Below, in pieces: positions 55,784-63,312 of a DNA stretch of 64,000 nucleotides. The stretch's first letter is position 1, and each line of letters begins with the position of its first letter. Source of the DNA: a virus; the IMG/VR virus record IMGVR_UViG_3300023242_000001, positions 12,296 to 76,295 of that record, one strand, 5' to 3'. A program made the translations under genes and the position numbers. The notes under the pieces were generated by a model. It worked only from the letters and a program-made list of their open reading frames with translations, was not told the origin of the DNA and did not search any database.

Positions 55784-55815
55784 TTTGGTGCTCCTTGTCA
55801 GCTGTTGGGGGTGGG

Positions 55816-56301
55816 TTAGGCGGTGCGCTCGATGATGCCGGTCTGGCCCACCGCGCCTGTGCCAGTGAACGCGACGACGCGCCACTTGTAGACGATGCCG
55901 GTTGCAGCCGCAGTGGCCAGGCAGACCCGGGGGTTGCCTGGGAGCGCGGTGCCGCGAGCGGACACCGTGCCTGTCACCACATAACCACCGATGGTGATCA
56001 CGCCGGTGCCTGGGGTGGCCTGCAAGCCGTCAAAGGTCACCTCGACGCGGGTGCCAATGGCGTCCCGCACGGAGCCCAGGTTGAAGCCATCTTGGGGGGC
56101 AAGGTCATCAGCCACCGAGAGCACGCCCTCGATCTCGTTGCCCACCGCGCACAGGCCAAACTGGCTGTCCGCGACGAACTTGACGAACTTGCCGTTGTCG
56201 AGGCGACCCAGCTGGTTGCCCACACCGGCGCCATCGGCGACGCGCGCGGTCTTGTTGGGAAGGAAGGGGTTGATGGTCACGCCCATCTGAAATTTCGCCA
56301 T
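55816..56301 (-). CDS. Head decoration / cement protein
   Basis: Gly/Thr-rich; between the protease and capsid genes. Confidence 0.6.
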   Translation of the reverse strand: MAKFQMGVTINPFLPNKTARVADGAGVGNQLGRLDNGKFVKFVADSQFGLCAVGNEIEGVLSVADDLAPQDGFNLGSVRDAIGTRVEVTFDGLQATPGTGVITIGGYVVTGTVSARGTALPGNPRVCLATAAATGIVYKWRVVAFTGTGAVGQTGIIERTA

Positions 56302-56316
56302 GTGGATCTCCTTGGA

Positions 56317-56904
56317 TTACTTGGGGCGGGTTGCGTCAATACGGGCGCGTCGGAAGCCGTCAACCGACTCCTTCGCACCCCCGTTGTCGGCTGCGGCAGA
56401 CGACGAAGCCGCCACACCACCCGCCTTGAACTTCTTGGCGAAGTTGGCCTGCACCGAGGTGAACTCGGCAAGCAGGGCTTCGTCTGTCGTCGCGGCCACG
56501 AAGGCGGAGCCCCCCAGCGCAACGTGCATGTTTTTCACAACGCCCTGAACGATGGGGCGCATCTGCTCCAGCGTGGTGTTGAGCGCAGCCATGGCTGCGG
56601 TGGCGCCTTCGCCCGCCTGCTTGAGCGCAGCGAGCTGCACCGAGACGTTGATCGTGGAGGCGGTGGCCTCGGCCAGCTGCTCCTTGAGCATCTGGATGCG
56701 CGCGTCGACCGTCTCGGCGACAGGCGCCACCGGTGCGGCGTCAGCCACAGGTGCGACAGGCGCAGCATCTGCGACGGGCACAACGGCCAGAGCTGCGGCA
56801 GCCAAAGCGGCAGCAGCGGCAATTTCGGTGGGGTCGCCGGCCTCGGGGAGGACGCCGCCAGCGGCGAGCGCCGCGATGGCTTGCTCGGTGAGCGCGTGTT
56901 TCAT
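56317..56904 (-). CDS. Nested in-frame scaffolding protein (Nu3-like)
   Basis: Internal ATG (MKHALTEQ) with AAAGGA SD and its own late-promoter motif. Confidence 0.65.
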   Translation of the reverse strand: MKHALTEQAIAALAAGGVLPEAGDPTEIAAAAALAAAALAVVPVADAAPVAPVADAAPVAPVAETVDARIQMLKEQLAEATASTINVSVQLAALKQAGEGATAAMAALNTTLEQMRPIVQGVVKNMHVALGGSAFVAATTDEALLAEFTSVQANFAKKFKAGGVAASSSAAADNGGAKESVDGFRRARIDATRPK

Positions 56905-57789
56905 TGAAGAGGGTCCTTTCGGGGAATTCGCACCATACTTGGGCGACTTCTTTTCAGCGTCAATCCCCCCCTGCACTTTGCTCAGGAGCTCGTCGAAACT
57001 GGATATCCGGTCGGCCAGCCCAATGTCCACCGCCAACTGGCCAAGAAACACCCGGCCCTGTCCCATCTTCTGGTCTGCCTGGATGTAGGGCACGCCGCGC
57101 GAGTCGGCCACGTGCTGGGCGAACATGCCGTACAGCTGATCAAGTTGGCCCTGCACCTCGGCCTTGGCTTCTTCGCTCAGCGGCTCGTACGGGTTGGCCA
57201 GCGCCTTGTACTTGCCCGCGCGCATGACAGTGGTCTTGATGCCCTCTTGCTCCATACGCTTGCTCTGCTCACGGTGCACCATCAGCACGCCGATGCTGCC
57301 CGCCTCGGCCATCTTGCCCAGCGTCACGCTGCGCGCGGCCGAACCCAGCCAGTAGGCGGCCGAGTTCATGGCGCTGCCGGAGAAGGCGTGCACCGGCTTG
57401 ACCTTGGAGTCCACCAGCGCGATCAGCTCGGCGGTGTCCGACACGCCCATGGTGGAGCCGCCGCCGGAGTTGACGTCGAGCACGATCGACTTGATGTCGG
57501 GGTCGTTGGCGGCGGCGATCAGCGCCTCGCGAATCTCCGGGTAGCCGGTAGCGCCCAGGTACTCGTTGATCCACGACGCGTTGTTCACCAGCGAGCCGTC
57601 GATGGCGATCACACCCACCTGGCCCTGCTTGCTGAGCAGGCGCGGCAGGGTCCGCTCACTCGACATTCCAGAGTAAGCGCGCTTCTCGCCCTCGGCCAGC
57701 ATGTCCGGCGTGAGCCGCTCCAGCTGCGCCAGGAAGGATTTGAGCGACTCCTCGGTGCCCGCCCAGAATTTGAAGTCAGAGATGTGCAT
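56317..57789 (-). CDS. S49 prohead protease with C-terminal scaffold
   Basis: LDVNSGGG, SAAYWLGS, GSIGV and AGKYK motifs. Confidence 0.9.
   Translation of the reverse strand: MHISDFKFWAGTEESLKSFLAQLERLTPDMLAEGEKRAYSGMSSERTLPRLLSKQGQVGVIAIDGSLVNNASWINEYLGATGYPEIREALIAAANDPDIKSIVLDVNSGGGSTMGVSDTAELIALVDSKVKPVHAFSGSAMNSAAYWLGSAARSVTLGKMAEAGSIGVLMVHREQSKRMEQEGIKTTVMRAGKYKALANPYEPLSEEAKAEVQGQLDQLYGMFAQHVADSRGVPYIQADQKMGQGRVFLGQLAVDIGLADRISSFDELLSKVQGGIDAEKKSPKYGANSPKGPSSMKHALTEQAIAALAAGGVLPEAGDPTEIAAAAALAAAALAVVPVADAAPVAPVADAAPVAPVAETVDARIQMLKEQLAEATASTINVSVQLAALKQAGEGATAAMAALNTTLEQMRPIVQGVVKNMHVALGGSAFVAATTDEALLAEFTSVQANFAKKFKAGGVAASSSAAADNGGAKESVDGFRRARIDATRPK
56934..56968 (-). promoter_or_regulatory. 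Late-promoter motif inside the protease gene
   Basis: GGGGATTG-N21-AGTATG (TTGACG-17-AAGTAT). Confidence 0.75.
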
Positions 57790-57790
57790 G

Positions 57791-59320
57791 TCAGGTTCCT
57801 TGATTGGCGGGGCCCTTGGGCTGCTCGGGGGTTTGTTTTTTGCCGTCGCGAGGACCCCCCGGCGTTGCCGAGGTGTTGGAAAACGGGTTCACCGCGTTGG
57901 CGTCAACGGCTGACGGGTCACTCCCCGCGCCGTTGCGGAAGAAGGTGCCCGAGAGCTTTGGCGCGCCTGGCGGAGGCAGGCGGCCAGTGAGCTGCAGCGA
58001 CGCCTCCTCGTCAGAAATCATGCCAATGGAGAGCTGGTCCAGGACGCGGCTCTGCTTCATGGACCTGAACGCCTCCAGCTCGGCGTCCGGTCTGAGGTCA
58101 ATCCGGTCGAACTCGAACTTCACGTAGCAGTCGACGCCCATCAAGCGCACGCCCAGGGTGAGCGCGCGTGAGATGAGCGAGTTCACCTTCTGCTGCAGGC
58201 CCTCGCAGTAGCGCAGGAACAAGAGCGTCTCGGTGGAGGCGATGTTCTGGCTCCCCGCGCCGTGGCCCAGCACGGCCGGTGGCGCCTTGGTGCCTGTGGC
58301 CACCTTGGAATTGACCATGGCGCTGAGCGTTTCGTATTCGCGCGACAGCGTGACGTTGCCGCCGTTCTTGTACTCGAAGGCGACCGTGTCCATGTGCACG
58401 AGCGCGTCATCGGGCTCCAAGCCGTTGATGGTCGACTCCAGGGCCGAGATGGTTTGCTGGAGGTACTCCTGGAGCTTGTCGGGGTCGCCTAGCACGTCCG
58501 GCGGAAGGCCCTTCCTGAACTTCTCGCTGTCGATCGTGGCGTCAAGCCGGGGGTGCAGCGCGCGCTTGATCACCCGGCGAACGTCGTTGGTGAATTCGGT
58601 GTCAGCAAGCACCGCCTGCAGGGCCGACTCCATGGGTGAGTCGCTGTAGGCAGTGAGCAGATCCTGGTCCAGGCTCTCGTAGAAGAACGCCGGGATGTCC
58701 AGGTCGATCTCCTGTCCGTTGACCTTCTGCACCGGTGCGGCGTAGCCGGTGCCGTCGTCGATGAACTCGATCTGGCTGGTGGAGATCGGCACGATCCGGT
58801 TGGGCAGGCGCGCGCGGTCCAGCACAAGCTCTGCCGCACACGAGCCCTCGATGCGCAGCTCCTTGGTCAGCATCTCGGCCAGCGCGTGCAGCGAGGACAC
58901 GCCGGAGAACCCGTCGTTGTAGTCGGTGAGGTAGTTGAGCCGGCTGATCACCTCCTGCGCCGCGCGGGTGGCCTCCGGGTTGATGGTGCCATCCAGGTTG
59001 TAGCCCACCGCGTGGAAATTGCGTGTCACCACCAGGCGCACGTAGGCGTAGACGCTGGCCGAGATGTCCGGGCTCACCTGCGCCAGGTCGCGGATGATCT
59101 TCTTGGTGCTGATGCCGTTGCGCAGCGTCAGGAGGTCAAGGTTTGCCGTGCGCCGATCGGTCTGGCTCAGCTTCTGGTCGCCGGAGCTGGTCGCCGTGCG
59201 CTTGCTCATCGACGGCAAAGCCTGCGCCTTGTTGGTGACCTTGGGGTCGACCAACGGCGTCAGTTTGGTCGCAGCGAGGGGGCCGCTGAGGCCGAGGAGA
59301 GCTTTGATTTTGCCGAGCAT
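57791..59320 (-). CDS. Portal protein
   Basis: 509 aa; between TerL and the protease. Confidence 0.8.
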   Translation of the reverse strand: MLGKIKALLGLSGPLAATKLTPLVDPKVTNKAQALPSMSKRTATSSGDQKLSQTDRRTANLDLLTLRNGISTKKIIRDLAQVSPDISASVYAYVRLVVTRNFHAVGYNLDGTINPEATRAAQEVISRLNYLTDYNDGFSGVSSLHALAEMLTKELRIEGSCAAELVLDRARLPNRIVPISTSQIEFIDDGTGYAAPVQKVNGQEIDLDIPAFFYESLDQDLLTAYSDSPMESALQAVLADTEFTNDVRRVIKRALHPRLDATIDSEKFRKGLPPDVLGDPDKLQEYLQQTISALESTINGLEPDDALVHMDTVAFEYKNGGNVTLSREYETLSAMVNSKVATGTKAPPAVLGHGAGSQNIASTETLLFLRYCEGLQQKVNSLISRALTLGVRLMGVDCYVKFEFDRIDLRPDAELEAFRSMKQSRVLDQLSIGMISDEEASLQLTGRLPPPGAPKLSGTFFRNGAGSDPSAVDANAVNPFSNTSATPGGPRDGKKQTPEQPKGPANQGT

Positions 59321-59325
59321 CTGGG

Positions 59326-59361
59326 CAAACTAGCCCACAAACCTACCCCCTGTGAATCCCC
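59326..59361 (-). promoter_or_regulatory. Late-promoter motif upstream of the portal (near-leaderless)
   Basis: GGGGATTC-N22-AGTTTG; ATG 5 nt downstream; no SD. Confidence 0.7.
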
Positions 59362-61085
59362 GTCCCCTGGCGCACCGGTTTCGGGCCTGTCAGCTTGAAG
59401 GTGCTCACCAGGTTGGTGCCCAGCACCATGGCCCCGGCCGCCACGCCCCGCATTTGGGCTGCCACCCACAGGTAGCCCAACGAATGGTGCATGTGGTCCT
59501 GGCCCTTGGAGCTTTTTTGCCAGATGCTGGTGAACTCGCCGTTGCGCAGGGTGGCGCTGGCGCGCTTCATGTCGGTCAGGTGCTGCTTGACCATCTGCCA
59601 GTCTTCCGTCCTGCGGATGCGAACCCGCTTGTCTCGGATCTCCACAAGCAGGCGGTCGAACAGCTGGTTCCTGCTGACGCTCACTTGGCGCACGCCCTCG
59701 ATGGCACTGTCGAAGTCCGCCACCTTGTCCCGCACCGAGTACACCTCCATGCCCTGCCTGCTCACGTAGGTGGCGCCATACAGGCTGGGGTCCTCGGCGC
59801 TGAGCGACATGATCAGGTCGGTGTAGGGCTGCAGGTCGCTCACCACGACGCTCACCCGAAAGCTCGCCTTCAGGCCCCAGTACCTCGCGCGAAAGTTCTT
59901 CAACGGCACGCGCTCGACGTGCACCACCACCAGTTCGCCGTCCGGCCCCACGCGCCCCACTGTGAAATGGCATATCTGGCCCAAATCGATGCCCATCACA
60001 TGGGCGCCAGAGCTTGGCGTCTCCGAGTCGAACCCGATCGCCTCGATGTCCGCCTCGGTCAGGCCATCTTCGGCGTTGGCCGCCGGCTGCCCCAGTGAGA
60101 ACTGCTGAAACTTGCTCTTGCTGGCGTACTGCGTGGAGGCAAGGATCAGGTCGGCCAGCGTCACCACGTTGGGCGCGTCAAACGGGCTGACCTGGTACCC
60201 CGCTGCCGTGTGCCCCTCGGTGGGGTTCTCGCACACCCACTCTCGGTGCTCGGGCTGCAGGCTGGTTTCAACCCCGCAGTGGGGGCAGAGCAGCTTCGCC
60301 TCTTTGTAGCGCACTTGGTGCAAGTTTTGCTTGGTGATCTCGTCCAGGCCTTTGCGCCACCCCGGCACACTCACATGCTCGTAGTAATCGGGCAAAAACG
60401 TGTGGTCGCAGTGCTCGCACCGGCACATGTTGAAGTGCCTGCGGCTGGCGTTGAACGCGGTATCGATAGGGTCGCCCGGAAACGTGGGCGTGGACAGCGA
60501 GATGCGGTGCTTGTAGGGCGAGTGGATCAAGCGGCTCGTGAAGTCGCTCAACACCTCTTGGTCACAAAAGCTCATCTCGTCGGCGATGATCAGGTCCAGC
60601 GAGGTCGAGATGGCGGCGTTGCCCACCGCGGCCCCCTTGAAGTAGACCAACTTGCCCGGGCCAAACGACTTGATGTCGGCGCGGTCGATGTCGTCGCGCG
60701 AGATGGCGTAACGCAGCGCCGCGCTGCCCTGGACGATTGGGTTGAAGCGGGTCTGGGCGTAACTGGTAGCAAAGCTGGCCGAGGGCAGAACGTACCCCAC
60801 CGCGTAAGCGCCGGGCATCACCATCATCAGGCCCGCTGTCATGCGCAAAGACATCTCCGAGATGCCTGTTTGGGCCGACTTCCTGATGACAAGGTGCTGC
60901 GAGTCGTCGCCGATGATCTTGCTTTGGTACTCGTGCCCGCTGAAGGAGAAGGGCTTGCCGTTGATGAAGGTGTTGCGCTCGATCCAGGCGGCCAGGTCCT
61001 TTCGCCCCAGCTTGTTGATGGAGCCTTGCCGAATGCGCGACAGGTGGTCGGACAGGAACCGGGGCGTTGTCGGGGCGCGGCTCAC
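59343..61085 (-). CDS. terL: Terminase large subunit (lambda GpA-like ATPase)
   Basis: KSAQTGISE, IIADE, LSTPT, CEHC/CPHC and nuclease GIDLG motifs. Confidence 0.9.
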   Translation of the reverse strand: MSRAPTTPRFLSDHLSRIRQGSINKLGRKDLAAWIERNTFINGKPFSFSGHEYQSKIIGDDSQHLVIRKSAQTGISEMSLRMTAGLMMVMPGAYAVGYVLPSASFATSYAQTRFNPIVQGSAALRYAISRDDIDRADIKSFGPGKLVYFKGAAVGNAAISTSLDLIIADEMSFCDQEVLSDFTSRLIHSPYKHRISLSTPTFPGDPIDTAFNASRRHFNMCRCEHCDHTFLPDYYEHVSVPGWRKGLDEITKQNLHQVRYKEAKLLCPHCGVETSLQPEHREWVCENPTEGHTAAGYQVSPFDAPNVVTLADLILASTQYASKSKFQQFSLGQPAANAEDGLTEADIEAIGFDSETPSSGAHVMGIDLGQICHFTVGRVGPDGELVVVHVERVPLKNFRARYWGLKASFRVSVVVSDLQPYTDLIMSLSAEDPSLYGATYVSRQGMEVYSVRDKVADFDSAIEGVRQVSVSRNQLFDRLLVEIRDKRVRIRRTEDWQMVKQHLTDMKRASATLRNGEFTSIWQKSSKGQDHMHHSLGYLWVAAQMRGVAAGAMVLGTNLVSTFKLTGPKPVRQGTGIHRG

Positions 61086-61540
61086 ACCTCGCCCTCCACG
61101 ATCTTTTCCCAGGTTTCGTAGGCAAGTTGTCTGGTGTTGCTGTCAGGCTGCGCGTCGAGGTACTCGATCAGCAGCCCCTCGATCTTTTTGAACCGCTCGG
61201 ACGTGTAAAGGTCCCCCTGCACCTTCACCAGATTAGCCAACGCGCTGGACAGGCTGTTGGCGACTTGGGCCATTTGGTTGGCGGGGGTATCTGTGGATGC
61301 CAGCACTTGGTTCTGCAGGCTCTGCAGAGAAACCATCTGCAGCACGAGCTCGCGCACAAGGTCTGTGTCCTGCAGCGACTTCACCGGCAGGCGCGCCTCG
61401 ATCTCGGCACGCAGGCTGATCAGCTCGTGCGGCTCAAGGCCTTCCAGGCTGACCTTGGGCTTGGTGGGTGCTAGCGCTGGCGCTGGGTCGCGGATCGAGA
61501 ACGGATCCGGGGGAATCTTGTCGGTCATGGGCTGTGGCAC
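61082..61540 (-). CDS. Putative terminase small subunit
   Basis: Helical; coupled upstream of TerL. Confidence 0.55.
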   Translation of the reverse strand: MPQPMTDKIPPDPFSIRDPAPALAPTKPKVSLEGLEPHELISLRAEIEARLPVKSLQDTDLVRELVLQMVSLQSLQNQVLASTDTPANQMAQVANSLSSALANLVKVQGDLYTSERFKKIEGLLIEYLDAQPDSNTRQLAYETWEKIVEGEV

Positions 61541-61574
61541 GCTTGGTTGCGCGCTCTTGTTTTGCGTGTGGAGA

Positions 61575-62117
61575 CTACGCCACCTGAGTCAGAAGATCAA
61601 TCGTGCTCCAGTTCAAGTCCGGCATGTCCGGCCACAGCCAGTTCCCCTTCAGCTTGTTCTCCTGCGCCGTGATCACTTGCAGGTTGGTGTGGGTGTGCAG
61701 CCCGCGAACCAGGTCCCCGATCCCCGAGATAGGGACTGCGTGGTCGACCACATAGACGCCCCAGCCCAGCGTGTTCATCAGGGCCGCGCCCAGGTAGATC
61801 CGCACCACCTCGTCAAGGTCGCTCCAGACGCAGTAGGCCTGGGCAATGTCGTGCATGCGCTGGTCTTGGTCCCTGATGCTTCCCTTGCGGGGCTTTGCCG
61901 GTCGCGCGCGGTTTCTGAAGGCCCGCATCGCCTTGTCGTAGGGGTCAAGCGCGTGGTAGCTCGCGCTCGCCCTGGCGCGGTTGGTCGCGGCATCCTCGGG
62001 CTTGCGTTTTCTTGGGGTTTTTGGCTGTTTTGGGCTCTGGTCGGGGGCGATTTTGGTCGGAAACTGCTCGACCTCGGGCGGCTTTGGACGTGCCGGTGCC
62101 TTGGATTTGAGGGCCAT
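61575..62117 (-). CDS. HNH endonuclease next to the terminase
   Basis: VDHAVP...GLHTHTNLQVITAQENKLKGN. Confidence 0.85.
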   Translation of the reverse strand: MALKSKAPARPKPPEVEQFPTKIAPDQSPKQPKTPRKRKPEDAATNRARASASYHALDPYDKAMRAFRNRARPAKPRKGSIRDQDQRMHDIAQAYCVWSDLDEVVRIYLGAALMNTLGWGVYVVDHAVPISGIGDLVRGLHTHTNLQVITAQENKLKGNWLWPDMPDLNWSTIDLLTQVA

Positions 62118-62124
62118 CTGCGCC

Positions 62125-62160
62125 CAGACTGGCGCCTACGGCAGTGTTTTCGCAATCCCC
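62125..62160 (-). promoter_or_regulatory. Late-promoter motif upstream of HNH/terminase (near-leaderless)
   Basis: GGGGATTG-N22-AGTCTG; ATG 7 nt downstream; intergenic. Confidence 0.75.
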
Positions 62161-62163
62161 TGC

Positions 62164-62667
62164 TCAGGTTGTGCGCCCAAACTCACCGTGCAGGCGCTTG
62201 CTGGCTTCGCAGTAAGCTGCGTGAGCGAGTTCGGCGGTGTCGTGCCGCCCTAGGTACTGACTCTTGCCGCCTGCTCCGATGGTTGCCGACCACCCTCCGT
62301 CGCGCTTGCACCAGCTCACTCCCTTCAGGCCGCTCGTGTTGAGCCGGCTGAGCCCCTGGTTTTGGCTGTTCTGGGCTCTGGTAGCTAGGCGCAGGTTCGC
62401 TTGGCGGTTGTCTAGCCCGTCGCCGCTGATGTGGTCGACGTGCATCTCGGCAGGGGCCGCCAGTAGGGCTCGGTGCATCAGCACCATACGCTGCTTTCCC
62501 CCGGCCTGTTCGGTGCGAACAGCATACACGCCGTGACGTTGGGCCAGCGCGTACCAGTTAAACCCCTCCGCCAGAGGCAAGTCAGCCGCGTCGATCGCTG
62601 CCACGAAGCCCTGGGTCAGCGTGACGAACGCGACAGCACCTTCGACACGGATTGGTCGCACCTTCAT
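62164..62667 (-). CDS. HNH endonuclease with AP2 domain
   Basis: MHR...VDHISGDGLDNRQANLR, SGLKGV and YLGRHDTAELAHAAY. Confidence 0.88.
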   Translation of the reverse strand: MKVRPIRVEGAVAFVTLTQGFVAAIDAADLPLAEGFNWYALAQRHGVYAVRTEQAGGKQRMVLMHRALLAAPAEMHVDHISGDGLDNRQANLRLATRAQNSQNQGLSRLNTSGLKGVSWCKRDGGWSATIGAGGKSQYLGRHDTAELAHAAYCEASKRLHGEFGRTT

Positions 62668-63071
62668 TTCGGCACCTTCGCCCGGGCTTCCTTGATCCGC
62701 CTTGCAAGCGTTCGGTACTCCGTGCCCGGGTGGGCCTTGCAGATTGCGGTGACCGAGAAGGCGGGGCGCGCCAGGGCGTCAGCCACAGCCCTGGCATAGG
62801 CTGGGTTGAGGTCCGGCTTGAACCAAGCGCTCTCTGGGGGCCTGCTTTCGTTGATTTTTGCCTCTCGCAACTTCTCGACCAGGTCGCACCGGCGCAGGCG
62901 CACTGAGAGTTGTGACTTCGTGATGCCGAGGTCGCCACAAATCTTGTCTCGCGTGGTCTCGTTGGCGAACAGCCGCCTGACGTGCTCTTGAAACTCGGGG
63001 TCGGTCAGCCACTTTGATGGCGGGCCGGACTTGAGCTTGTCCTTGACGGGGGTTTGGTTTGGGTTGTTCAT
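62664..63071 (-). CDS. HTH DNA-binding protein, leaderless (repressor/regulator candidate)
   Basis: RDKICGDLGITKSQLSVRLRR HTH; ATG 6 nt downstream of a -10 box. Confidence 0.6.
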   Translation of the reverse strand: MNNPNQTPVKDKLKSGPPSKWLTDPEFQEHVRRLFANETTRDKICGDLGITKSQLSVRLRRCDLVEKLREAKINESRPPESAWFKPDLNPAYARAVADALARPAFSVTAICKAHPGTEYRTLARRIKEARAKVPK

Positions 63072-63077
63072 GCCCGC

Positions 63078-63106
63078 ATTGTACACACGCAATTGCTACG
63101 TGTCAA
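63078..63106 (-). promoter_or_regulatory. Sigma70 promoter (leftward)
   Basis: TTGACA-17-TACAAT, with TG immediately upstream of the -10 box. Confidence 0.85.
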
Positions 63107-63216
63107 AAAGCTGGGAAAATTCTGCGCGATGGGAGAGGAAGGTGGTACACAGTCCGCGCGCTGCCTGGCAGAAAAGCGCACCCGTCTACCGTTTGTTGGA
63201 TAGCCTCAGATAATGC

Positions 63217-63246
63217 GTGACACAGGCAATTGTTCTGATCTATAAT
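63217..63246 (+). promoter_or_regulatory. Sigma70 promoter (rightward, early)
   Basis: GTGACA-18-TATAAT. Confidence 0.75.
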
Positions 63247-63312
63247 CAACCATGCCAACAAAAGGCATACCGTAAGCCACATGGCAGACGGTCAACCCTT
63301 AGGAGAATTCTC

